A DNA stretch of 64,000 nt from Candidatus Woesearchaeota archaeon (GTDB lineage: Archaea > Nanobdellota > Nanobdellia > Woesearchaeales > ARS49): positions 1,674 to 65,673 of the forward strand of contig JACPID010000001.1 of the NCBI GenBank assembly GCA_016188265.1, written 5' to 3'. Shown piece by piece: positions 37,549 through 46,482 of this stretch (the first letter of the stretch is position 1; each line of letters opens with the position of its first letter). Both the position numbers and the translations under genes were made by a program. The notes beneath the pieces were generated by a model. It saw only the letters and a list, made by a program, of their open reading frames with translations. It searched no databases and was not told the origin of the DNA.

Positions 37549-38886
37549 ATGGAAGTTTGTGCTGTTGGTGGTTTTGGCGAAGTTGGTAAAAATATGAGCG
37601 CAGTGAAGATCGGCGAAGATGTTATAATTTTTGATATGGGTTTACACTTGCCAAATTACATAAAACTTACTGAAGAAGAAGAAGCTGAATTATTATTGCT
37701 TAAGAGAAAAGATCTTATTAAAGCTCAAGCAGTGCCTAATGATGAAGTTATATCTGATTGGAAAAATAATGTTCGTGCAATAATTCCTTCACATGCTCAC
37801 CTTGACCATATTGGAGCAATTCCTTATCTTGCTTCAATTTATGATGCTCCAATTATTTGCACTCCATTTACAGCTGCAGTGCTGAAAGCTATTTTAAAAG
37901 ATCAAAAAGCAAGTATTCCTAATAAAATAATTTGTGTGCCAATTAATAGTTCTTATAAAATAAATAAGAATTTGAAAGTTGAATTTGTTAATATGACTCA
38001 TTCAACTCCTGAGACTGCAATGGTTGCACTACACACACCTGAAGGTATAGTAATTTATGGAACTGATTTTAAACTTGATAATACTCCTACTTTAGGGAAA
38101 AAACCAAATTATTCTGCTCTTGAAAAATTAAGTAAAAAAGGAATTAAACTGGCAATTATTGATTCATTATACTCGCATGCAGCTATGAAAACCCCAAGTG
38201 AGTGTGTTGCAAAAGAAATGCTTAGTGATGTTTTATTGGGTGTAGATAATAAAGGAAAGGCAATTATTGTAACAACATTTTCATCTCATATTGCAAGATT
38301 AAAAAGCATAATTGAATTTGGAAAGAAATTAAATAGAAAAATTGTTTTTTTAGGGCGCTCATTAGCAAAATATTGCTTTGCTGCAGAAGATACTCAAATA
38401 AGCTTTTTTTCAAAAGAAGTTGAAATAGTACAGTACTCAAGCAAAGTTGCTAAAAAATTAAAGCAAATAATGAAAGAGGGTAAAGAAAAATATTTACTAG
38501 TTGTTACAGGACATCAGGGTGAACCAAAAGCTATACTCTCTAAAATCGCCAAAGGAGAATTGCCATTTAAATTTGATCCTGAAGACAATATTATTTTCAG
38601 CTGCAATGTTATTCCAACACTAATTAATCAACAGCATAGAAAATTGTTGGAAGAACAATTACATTCTTTTCATGTTAGAATATTTAAAGGGGTTCACGTT
38701 AGTGGCCATGGAAGCAGAGAGGATATTCATGAACTTATTCACGTATTAAAACCTAAACATCTTATTCCAGCACATAGTGAAAAACATGTTATTGATAAGT
38801 TTCAAGAAATTGCTTGTGATCTAAAGTATGAACAAGGAAAAAACACTCACACTCTACTTAATGGCTTGAGAGTTAGAATTGAATGA
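37549..38886 (+). CDS. rnj: RNase J-like beta-CASP metallo-beta-lactamase ribonuclease
   Basis: HAHLDHIGAIPYL (HxHxDH) plus beta-CASP C-terminal half ending with His motifs. Confidence 0.7.
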   Translation: MEVCAVGGFGEVGKNMSAVKIGEDVIIFDMGLHLPNYIKLTEEEEAELLLLKRKDLIKAQAVPNDEVISDWKNNVRAIIPSHAHLDHIGAIPYLASIYDAPIICTPFTAAVLKAILKDQKASIPNKIICVPINSSYKINKNLKVEFVNMTHSTPETAMVALHTPEGIVIYGTDFKLDNTPTLGKKPNYSALEKLSKKGIKLAIIDSLYSHAAMKTPSECVAKEMLSDVLLGVDNKGKAIIVTTFSSHIARLKSIIEFGKKLNRKIVFLGRSLAKYCFAAEDTQISFFSKEVEIVQYSSKVAKKLKQIMKEGKEKYLLVVTGHQGEPKAILSKIAKGELPFKFDPEDNIIFSCNVIPTLINQQHRKLLEEQLHSFHVRIFKGVHVSGHGSREDIHELIHVLKPKHLIPAHSEKHVIDKFQEIACDLKYEQGKNTHTLLNGLRVRIE

Positions 38887-38944
38887 TTTATTACAATAAT
38901 CCTTTTATACTAGTACTTTGTCATCAAAACGAGGGGGTTTGATA

Positions 38945-39688
38945 ATGAAACTAGTATTGCAAGATCCAACTTATTTAAAAGATAGTATTACAGTTATTTC
39001 TGAACTTGTTAATGAAGCGAGATTTACTGTTAACAAAGAAGGCTTGGAGCTTGTTGCAATGGATCCTGCAAATGTTGCAATGGTTGTGTTTAAATTATTA
39101 TCAAGTAATTTTTCAGAATTTCAAGTTGATGATAAAAAAGAACTTGCATTAAATCTTGCTAATTTAAAACAAGTGCTTAAACGATCTTCTGCTTCAGATG
39201 TTGTAAGTCTTGAAGTTGAAGATAATAAGTTAAAAGTTCAATTACGTTCTAATTCCACAAGAACATTTCATCTGCCATTGCTTGATCTTGAAGAAAGAGA
39301 ACAGAAAATACCAAACTTAAAATTTCCAGTGCAAGCAGAAATGCCGAGTGATGTGTTAAATCAAGCAGTTGAAGATTCTACAGTTGTTTCAGAAAGTGTA
39401 ACCCTGGAAATTGAACCGCAAAAATTCAGTGTGCTTGCAGAAGGAGATTTAAGTAAAGCTCATGTAGAAATTCCAGCAGATGAAACAGTAAAAATAACAA
39501 GTGAAACAAGTGCAAATGTAAGAGCAAAATATTCTGTTGAGTACTTAAAAAAAATGATGCAGGGAAGTAAATTAGCTGATAAAGTTACTGTTTTCTTAAA
39601 TCAGAATTATCCGTTAAAATTAGAATATAAAGTTGTTGATAAGTTATTACTTAACTTTATTCTAGCTCCCAGAGTAGAAAATAATTGA
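38945..39688 (+). CDS. pcn: DNA polymerase sliding clamp PCNA
   Basis: MKLVLQDPTYLKDSITVISELVNEARFTVNKEGLELVAMDPANVAMV and two-domain PCNA layout. Start at the internal Met. Confidence 0.75.
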   Translation: MKLVLQDPTYLKDSITVISELVNEARFTVNKEGLELVAMDPANVAMVVFKLLSSNFSEFQVDDKKELALNLANLKQVLKRSSASDVVSLEVEDNKLKVQLRSNSTRTFHLPLLDLEEREQKIPNLKFPVQAEMPSDVLNQAVEDSTVVSESVTLEIEPQKFSVLAEGDLSKAHVEIPADETVKITSETSANVRAKYSVEYLKKMMQGSKLADKVTVFLNQNYPLKLEYKVVDKLLLNFILAPRVENN

Positions 39689-39707
39689 ATACTTTGTTAT
39701 ATCTTAG

Positions 39708-40103
39708 CTAAAAATACCCTTTCCACAACCCAGATATTACACCAATATACTCAATTATCACATACAACCAGATAACGTAAAGAATCATTGCAGTTATTAC
39801 TAAAATAAGGAATAAGTTTATTATTTTATTTCTCTGTTTCTTTGCTTGATCTAAAGTGCAAATGCCTTTTTTTCTCAAATAAAAAATAAATGCAACTAAT
39901 AAAAAGAAAATTCCTGCAAATCTAAAAAACCATTTATATTGCCCATAGAACACGTCCGCTAAACTTGATGCAAAAGATGCTGTACTTAATCCGAGTAGGA
40001 ATAAAATCAATGGTGCAAAACAGCAGAGAGAGGCGACAAAAGCGCTAATGCTACTTAAGAAAAATATTTCTCTTTTATCAGGCTTTAAAATATCGTTAAC
40101 CAT
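39708..40103 (-). CDS. integral membrane protein
   Basis: Three or four hydrophobic helices. Confidence 0.4.
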   Translation of the reverse strand: MVNDILKPDKREIFFLSSISAFVASLCCFAPLILFLLGLSTASFASSLADVFYGQYKWFFRFAGIFFLLVAFIFYLRKKGICTLDQAKKQRNKIINLFLILVITAMILYVIWLYVIIEYIGVISGLWKGYF

Positions 40104-40133
40104 GCTTTTCCAATTTTTAGTGTTTTAAAATAT

Positions 40134-40472
40134 TTAATTTTTTTCTTTAATCGCCCACTTCATTAAAGGGATGGTTGCTTTTCTTAAGCTAACTCCTTTC
40201 TTTGTTAAAGAATATTCAACTCTTAGGGGTGTTTCTGCATAAACTGTTCTTTTGATTAAATTCATTTTTTCAAGTTCTTTAAGCCTGTCTGTTAATGTTT
40301 TTGGATTTATCTTTATTTTTGAAAGTAAATTATTAAATCTTAATTTCTTAAAATTTCCTATAGTTACAAGTATAGATAAAGTCCACTTCCGGCTTAACAC
40401 CTCTGCAGCGCCTTCTAAAGGACACGGACAATAACCTTCACCAACCATCTCACAGCTTTCATTACTTACCAT
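40134..40472 (-). CDS. HxlR-family wHTH transcriptional regulator
   Basis: CPLEGAAEVLSRKWTLSILVTIGN...LTDRLKELEKMNLIKRTVYAETPLRVEYSLTKKG. Confidence 0.75.
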   Translation of the reverse strand: MVSNESCEMVGEGYCPCPLEGAAEVLSRKWTLSILVTIGNFKKLRFNNLLSKIKINPKTLTDRLKELEKMNLIKRTVYAETPLRVEYSLTKKGVSLRKATIPLMKWAIKEKN

Positions 40473-40556
40473 TTTACCACTTACACATTTATATACCAGT
40501 ATTACTTTACTTCAGAAAGTAACTATACTATTTAAATCTATCGAGGTGAAAATAAA

Positions 40557-40679
40557 ATGGTTGAAAAGAAAGAAAATTGTTGTGCTGGAGGAATTTGTCC
40601 TTGCTGCTCGTGTTGTATTTGTGTATGTACAAAAACATTAAAACCAGAAGCTCGAAAATTATTAAAAGAACTATTGTAA
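40557..40679 (+). CDS. Cys-rich 40-aa peptide
   Basis: MVEKKENCCAGGICPCCSCCICVCTKTLKPEARKLLKELL has 10 Cys in 17 residues (positions 8-24). Below the ORF-track cutoff. Confidence 0.4.
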   Translation: MVEKKENCCAGGICPCCSCCICVCTKTLKPEARKLLKELL

Positions 40680-40700
40680 TTAGAATGTGGCGGATGGGTA

Positions 40701-41189
40701 ATGAAAAGAGTATTTGGTGCAATAAAACTAACATTAACTTCTAAGAAGCATTTAGCAATAGTCATGCTTTCTTCACTTATTATAATTTCTTTAGCTGTTT
40801 TTATTCCTGTATTTACTATTCCCGGCAATAGTTTAAGTTTTCAGCTTTCGTTATTGACTTGGGATAGTCTCGCGTTAACTATTTTATTTTCATTACTTTT
40901 TGGACTTTCAATTGCAATGCACATTTATGCTTCTTCATTAAACAAAAAAGTTGCGATAGGAAAAAAAGCAGGCACTAGTTTTGTTGGTTTTATTGCAACA
41001 TTATTTTCAGCAAAGCTGTGTCCTGTTTGTCTAATAACTCTCTTTAGTATACTTGGTATTGGAGGTTCTATACCCTTATTTTTATTCTCACACAGAACTA
41101 CAATATTAATTACAAGTTTAATTTTACTTTTAGCCTCTATATCTTTAGCTAGTAGAAGTATTTTTGTGTGTAAGCAGTGTGTTAGGTGA
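40701..41189 (+). CDS. membrane protein with intramembrane CPVC motif
   Basis: Several TM helices; LFSAKLCPVCLITLF; C-terminal CKQCVR. Confidence 0.45.
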   Translation: MKRVFGAIKLTLTSKKHLAIVMLSSLIIISLAVFIPVFTIPGNSLSFQLSLLTWDSLALTILFSLLFGLSIAMHIYASSLNKKVAIGKKAGTSFVGFIATLFSAKLCPVCLITLFSILGIGGSIPLFLFSHRTTILITSLILLLASISLASRSIFVCKQCVR

Positions 41190-41374
41190 TAAAAATAGAA
41201 AGCACTCTAACCTGTCCTGAATGTGGGGGTAAACAGAAAAAGAAAATTCCTGTAAATATATGCGTGCAAGTCTACAGGTGCAGTAATTGTAATAAACTGG
41301 TTTCAAGAAAAAAAGGATGCTGCGTATTTTGTGATTATGGAGACAAAAAGTGCCCTTCAGCTAAACAACATTAA
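41186..41374 (+). CDS. Cys-rich Zn-ribbon protein
   Basis: CPECGG...CSNCN...CCVFCDYGDKKC. ATGA overlap with the upstream gene. Confidence 0.45.
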   Translation: MIKIESTLTCPECGGKQKKKIPVNICVQVYRCSNCNKLVSRKKGCCVFCDYGDKKCPSAKQH

Positions 41375-41674
41375 ATTCAATTGTTCATCTCCTTCTTTAA
41401 AGGATATTATTAATTTCTGTTTTCCTAATTCTTTTACAAATACTTTTTGGTATGAATGAAGTATTTTTCTCCTTTAATTAAATAAGTTTCATAATCTTTT
41501 TTACTTAATGTTTCTTTATGCTCTCTCCTATTTCCAGATATTTTTCATCTTTGTTTTGGTGGTTGATGAATATTTTGTTTGGTCATATGAACTCCAATCA
41601 GGTTATTTAAAAAAGACTTAATCTGTTCAGGAACACCTAAAAAATTTTCTATTCAAAAACATAAAAAAACAAAA

Positions 41675-41832
41675 CTAGCTCACCGACGAAAAGTGCAAAA
41701 GTCTAGGTACAGTAATGGCCGTAATCCTTAGAGATAGGCATAATGTATTCAAGAGTGTAGGAGAAGGTATCTTCGGACTTACTTCTTTCAAGGAGGCTGG
41801 TGAGCCTTCCAGCATTTAGCTACTTTCCTGGA
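41675..41832. ncRNA. candidate structured RNA (GC-richer than the surrounding intergenic DNA)
   Basis: Long-range pairing GCTCACCG...GCTGGTGAGCC, inner stems TTCCAG/CTGGAA and GAAGG...CTTCGG. Lies in a roughly 600-nt ORF-free span. Confidence 0.3.
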
Positions 41833-41886
41833 ACAATAAGGAGGATGATTTATAGAGGCGTTTAAACTTGGTAAATACTTCCAGTT

Positions 41887-41974
41887 ACTTCTAATTACTA
41901 CTAATTTACTTCTAATCTTTGAAAATCAGATGAAAAATAGAAATACTTTTAAAATACTTCTAATTTACTTCTAA
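41887..41974 (+). promoter_or_regulatory. four ACTTCTAA direct repeats abutting the start codon of 41979..43382
   Basis: TTTACTTCTAA-like units at 41887, 41908, 41956 and 41967. Confidence 0.3.
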
Positions 41975-41978
41975 CAGA

Positions 41979-43382
41979 ATGGATGCTATACAACTTAAAG
42001 AAATAATAAGTCATGAGGAAAATCAAGAAGTTGAATTTAAGCAGTCTTTTCACAGTGCTCAAGATGTAAGCAAAATTCTATGTGGACTTGCCAATACATT
42101 GGGAGGCATTTTGATACTTGGCGTTGATGATGCTGGTCAGATTATTGGTTTGCATGAGAATTTGGACAAGCTTCAACAGAACATTTCTGCAGCAAATCAA
42201 TCAATTTCTCCTGTGCCGTTGATTAATGTAGAAATGCACAAGGTAGAAGAAAAAGACCTTGTTGCTGTTATTGTACAGAAAGCACCAGACAACTCATATC
42301 ATACATTCCAAGGGGCAATTTATGTAAGAATCGGAAGCACAACAAAGAGAATTGAAGGCAACACGCATTTAGAGTTTCTTAGAAATCGGCAAATCCTCTC
42401 ATTTGATGAATCATACGAGCTTTCCTGTAAAGTTGAAGACTTGGATATAGAAAAAATCAAGAGATACCTCAAAATAAGAAAGCAAGAGAATTATCTTGAT
42501 GAACATTCAGTTGAGGATTTTCTCATAAGTTCAAAAATAGCAACTCAGAATGGCCAGTTTAAGATAAAGAATCCAGCTGTACTTCTATTTGCTAAGGATC
42601 CTATAAAATTCCATCCTCAAATTGAACTAAAACTTGTTCAGTTCTCGGGCATTGAACCCGTCAATATTGTTGCACATAAACTTGTCCAGGAAGATTTGAT
42701 GGATGCTATTGAACAGGCAATTTCTTTTGTCGAAAAATATTTGAGTAAAGGAATCGAGATAAAATCCAAAGCTCGACGAGACGAAATTTATGAATATCCG
42801 CTAAATGTTATAAGAGAAGCAATTGTCAATGCAGTTGCCCACAGAGATTACTTCAGTAAAGATGCCATTCAGATTTATTTATTCGATGACAGAATAGAGA
42901 TCACCAATCCAGGATCGCTTCCGCACAATCTTCCAAGAGAACTCTTCGGGACAATATCTGTACAAAGAAATCCCATCACATATCGTTTTCTCAGAGACTT
43001 AGGTTATGTTGAAGGCTTGGGAACAGGCATTCCAAGAATGAAAAATGCTATGCGACAGGCTGGTTTGAATGATCCAGATTTCAAATTTACAGAGAGCTTT
43101 TTCAGAGTTGTTTTGTTTAATGCTAAAGGCAAGAAAAAGCCAATTGACAGTATTAAAGATTTGAATGACAGACAAAAAAAGGCACTGGAGTATTTGAAGA
43201 AACATAAATCGCTCAAGACTCAAACTTATTCAGAAATCAATAATGTTTCTCGTGCAACTGCAGTCAATGAGATTAATGAGATGATCCAGTACAAATACAT
43301 CAAAAAAGTAGGTGCTTTCAGAGGAGCGTATTACGTTCTTGAAGATGGAACTGCAGAACAATTGGAACAGGAGAAAAAATGA
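41979..43382 (+). CDS. AlbA_2 (Schlafen-like) plus HATPase_c_4 domain protein, putative ATP-dependent transcriptional regulator
   Basis: N-terminal AlbA_2-like block NQEVEFKQSF...LCGLANTLGGILILGVDD. C-terminal EAIVNAVAHRDY...IEITNPGSLP is an HATPase-like motif, followed by a wHTH. Noticeably higher GC and different codon usage than neighbours. Confidence 0.55.
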   Translation: MDAIQLKEIISHEENQEVEFKQSFHSAQDVSKILCGLANTLGGILILGVDDAGQIIGLHENLDKLQQNISAANQSISPVPLINVEMHKVEEKDLVAVIVQKAPDNSYHTFQGAIYVRIGSTTKRIEGNTHLEFLRNRQILSFDESYELSCKVEDLDIEKIKRYLKIRKQENYLDEHSVEDFLISSKIATQNGQFKIKNPAVLLFAKDPIKFHPQIELKLVQFSGIEPVNIVAHKLVQEDLMDAIEQAISFVEKYLSKGIEIKSKARRDEIYEYPLNVIREAIVNAVAHRDYFSKDAIQIYLFDDRIEITNPGSLPHNLPRELFGTISVQRNPITYRFLRDLGYVEGLGTGIPRMKNAMRQAGLNDPDFKFTESFFRVVLFNAKGKKKPIDSIKDLNDRQKKALEYLKKHKSLKTQTYSEINNVSRATAVNEINEMIQYKYIKKVGAFRGAYYVLEDGTAEQLEQEKK

Positions 43383-43459
43383 TTCAGACTCAAATATGAA
43401 AAATGTGCTGTACAAAATACTCTCATCCAATACGCTGCGAAGTTGGAAGGTGAATTGTC

Positions 43460-44254
43460 TTGAATATAACTAAAATGATGTCTCTTGAGGAAAAAATTAA
43501 TCTTGTTAAAGATGTGAAGAGATTTAGTGTTGAAGATTTAGGAATTGCTTCTAATTCTTCTTTTGAGAGAGTGAGTGATTCAGAAGTTCTTTATTTTTTG
43601 TATGCTTCTAGAAAAAATAAAATTGAAAGTGTAATTAACAAAGGATCTTATGAGTTTAAATTTTTTAAAAAAGAGGAAGAATGTGATAATGCTAAAAAAG
43701 AATTAGAAGAACAAGATTATGATACTTTTAAATTTGTTAGTGAACTTTATGGAAGTGAGGATTGCCAAATAAGTAAGCAATTATTAGAAAGATCAATAAC
43801 AAAAATAGCATTTAATGTTCTTCATGAAAATTTTCACATTCATTGTAGAAAAAATGGCATTTATTTAAATTATCCTATTGAAGAGGCTACAGCAAATTAT
43901 TTAGGATATCAGGGATCAATAATGTATTTCAGCAATAAAGATAAAAGTATAATGCCTTTTGTTGAGAAAGATTTGCATGAATGGATAAGATTTGTTAATT
44001 TTGTTAATAAATATAAAAGGCGTTTAAGTAAAGCTTATGAGAAAAATAAAATAAAACATATAAATAAATTATTTAAAAAAGCAATAAAAAGAGCTAGAAT
44101 TATGGGAATAAGATGTGAGTTAAATAATGCTTTTTTTATAAGATACAGTCATTATACAGCTAATCATCATTATGTTTTTAATGCTCTTAAAGAAATAAAT
44201 CCTAGAGTTTGGTTAGAGAAAGAAGAATTGTATGAGATATTAAATAAAGTATAG
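43460..44254 (+). CDS. hypothetical protein with HExxH motif (possible Zn-metallopeptidase, ImmA/IrrE- or SprT-like)
   Basis: AFNVLHENFHIHCRKNG contains an HExxH motif. Confidence 0.35.
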   Translation: MNITKMMSLEEKINLVKDVKRFSVEDLGIASNSSFERVSDSEVLYFLYASRKNKIESVINKGSYEFKFFKKEEECDNAKKELEEQDYDTFKFVSELYGSEDCQISKQLLERSITKIAFNVLHENFHIHCRKNGIYLNYPIEEATANYLGYQGSIMYFSNKDKSIMPFVEKDLHEWIRFVNFVNKYKRRLSKAYEKNKIKHINKLFKKAIKRARIMGIRCELNNAFFIRYSHYTANHHYVFNALKEINPRVWLEKEELYEILNKV

Positions 44255-44276
44255 GTAGGCTGCAAAATAATGACAA

Positions 44277-44795
44277 TTAATTATTTCTCACATACCTGAA
44301 TAATTCTATTGTTTTTATTACTATATCTTGTAATTGTTTTTCTCTTTCTATTTTTAGTTTTTTAAGTGCTTTTTTGTCCAATGTTTTTTGAGTTTGAATA
44401 TGGTGTTGATTAAATACTGGTGTTACTGGCACTGTGAATTTTTGCAGTTCTGGAATAACTTTTTCAATACATAAAGGGTGTAGTTCTGCATAGCTTAAGT
44501 TTCCAAAACGTTTTTTCCATTCTTTTACAGGTATGGTTGTGATTTGTGAGAGTGTTATTATTTCTTTGCCTGGTTGTATAATATCTGTATTCCAGTTATA
44601 CCCGTATCCTGCGTATGGATCAAGGTAAAGTAATAAGTAAATAGGTTTTATATCTTGTTTAGGTTGGTGTGCATCAGAAACATATATTACAAAATTAGTT
44701 AATTGTTGCAAGTTTGGCAGTTCTAGGTCTTTAATTAATTCTAAATATGTTTCTATACTGGAGTCAAATATGTCAACAAATCTTTTTATTACCAT
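44277..44795 (-). CDS. hypothetical protein
   Basis: 172-aa ORF, no motif recognised. Confidence 0.35.
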   Translation of the reverse strand: MVIKRFVDIFDSSIETYLELIKDLELPNLQQLTNFVIYVSDAHQPKQDIKPIYLLLYLDPYAGYGYNWNTDIIQPGKEIITLSQITTIPVKEWKKRFGNLSYAELHPLCIEKVIPELQKFTVPVTPVFNQHHIQTQKTLDKKALKKLKIEREKQLQDIVIKTIELFRYVRNN

Positions 44796-44838
44796 AAAAA
44801 AATATTTATGATAAAATAATTATTTAAATTTATCTACT

Positions 44839-45882
44839 TTACCAGTATTTATATTTCCAAACTATTGCTTTTTCTATTATTTTCTTTAGTGCTGCCCCGA
44901 GAAGTCCTCCCCATGCAAATTCATTATATGTTATAATGCTGTACCAGTCTCCTAAGCTAATTACCATTAATCGATTGCCTGGTTTATATGTTAATAATTT
45001 TTTTTTATTTGCCAAGTTTAAAATATTTTTTGCAATAATTTGTCCATGGTATTCTGCATTTTGAGCGCTTTTTTCTTCTGGCAAATCAGTTAAATCACCG
45101 CCAACAAATATGTTAGGATTGTTTTTTAAGTTTAATGTTAATGTTGTTTTAATATAACCTTTCTTTGTTAGGTGTGAAGAAAATCCTTTAAGAAATTGCG
45201 TGTTGGGCTTTATTCCAGTGCACCATATTACGCAATCAGAGTAGAGCATTTCTCCCCCTGAAGTATGTAAATGCTTTCCTTGAAAATGTTCAGCTTTTTG
45301 ATTGAAATATATTTTAACTCCTTTTTTTGTAAGATACTCAAAAGCTAATAAGGAGGCTCCTTCATATTGTCTTTCTAATAATCTTGAAGTATATTGAATA
45401 ATTACAATGTGTTTATCTGTTTTTGTTGAAAGCTCTCCTGCAACTTCTGTGCCTGTATAACCTCCTCCAACTATTACTGCATTATTTGTTTTTTCAAGAA
45501 TTTTTCTAATATTATGCGCATCTTCAATTGTTTTTAATACATGCACTCCATTCATAATTGGTTTTGCTGTATGAGCGCCTGATGCTAGAACAAGATAGTC
45601 AAAAGAATATTTTTTGTTTTTTGTTTTAATTGTTTTTTTTGTTATACTTATGACTTCTTCTTGGATGATATTTGTATTTTTGAGAAAGTGTGAATAAGGT
45701 ATTTTTATTTTTGATTCATAGTATTTATTTGTTAGAATTTTATGAATTGAAGGGGTGTACTGAAAATAATCTTTTTTATCAAAAAGCAAAATTTTGTAGT
45801 TTGTAATAGGAATTTTTTTATCTAAAATTTTTGCGCATTGTGCTCCGCAAAAACCTCCCCCTATAATTGCAATTACTTTCAT
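44839..45882 (-). CDS. FAD/NAD(P)-dependent oxidoreductase (type II NADH dehydrogenase / SQR-like)
   Basis: MKVIAIIGGGFCGAQCA (GxGxxG) at the N-terminus and a second dinucleotide motif VIVGGGYTGTEVAGEL. Confidence 0.6.
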   Translation of the reverse strand: MKVIAIIGGGFCGAQCAKILDKKIPITNYKILLFDKKDYFQYTPSIHKILTNKYYESKIKIPYSHFLKNTNIIQEEVISITKKTIKTKNKKYSFDYLVLASGAHTAKPIMNGVHVLKTIEDAHNIRKILEKTNNAVIVGGGYTGTEVAGELSTKTDKHIVIIQYTSRLLERQYEGASLLAFEYLTKKGVKIYFNQKAEHFQGKHLHTSGGEMLYSDCVIWCTGIKPNTQFLKGFSSHLTKKGYIKTTLTLNLKNNPNIFVGGDLTDLPEEKSAQNAEYHGQIIAKNILNLANKKKLLTYKPGNRLMVISLGDWYSIITYNEFAWGGLLGAALKKIIEKAIVWKYKYW

Positions 45883-45977
45883 GGTAATAATATATATTTC
45901 AGTATAAAACAAAAAATAATGAAATAAAGATATAAAATTTTGCTAAAAATCAATGTAAAAAATTGTTAGTTTGGTTT

Positions 45978-46433
45978 TTATGTACATTTTTTGCTTTCAC
46001 TAAAAACCAAAGAGACTAATGCACCAAAGTAAGCAAAATTAACTGCAGTATTTCCACCGCCAGTGTTCATTACCATAATCTCTCGTAAAGTGCCTATTAT
46101 GTTGGTAGATGGTCCTAGTTTAAATGTTGAAATAAAAGCTATTAAAATTAAAAATGCAAGAAGTCCTGCTGCATATCTTGTATTATATCCTAAAAGAAGC
46201 GATATTCCTGCACTAAGTTCAATTAATATTGCAATAACTAAGATAATTTCTCCTAAATTAGCAAAAATGTTTTCAAACATTTCTTTAGCCATTCCAAAAG
46301 ATAATATTTTGTCAAGACCTGCCACTATAAATGCAACTCCAAAAAATGATCTTAATACTAAGTTTCCGGACTCGCTATAGCAGTTAGCTAGTTTACATTC
46401 ATCTAATTTCATTAAAACCACCTTAACAAACAA
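45978..46433 (-). CDS. DoxX-family membrane protein
   Basis: Four TM helices and size typical of DoxX. Confidence 0.5.
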   Translation of the reverse strand: MFVKVVLMKLDECKLANCYSESGNLVLRSFFGVAFIVAGLDKILSFGMAKEMFENIFANLGEIILVIAILIELSAGISLLLGYNTRYAAGLLAFLILIAFISTFKLGPSTNIIGTLREIMVMNTGGGNTAVNFAYFGALVSLVFSESKKCT

Positions 46434-46482
46434 AAAAAAGAATTTATTTATTAATTTAATGTTTAATTGTTAAAACTTAGTT

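Noticed and set aside
40528-40828. Minus-strand ORFs 40528..40734 and 40538..40828
   Set aside because: They overlap the Cys-rich peptide and the start of the membrane protein and have no features. The plus-strand genes form a coherent coupled series.
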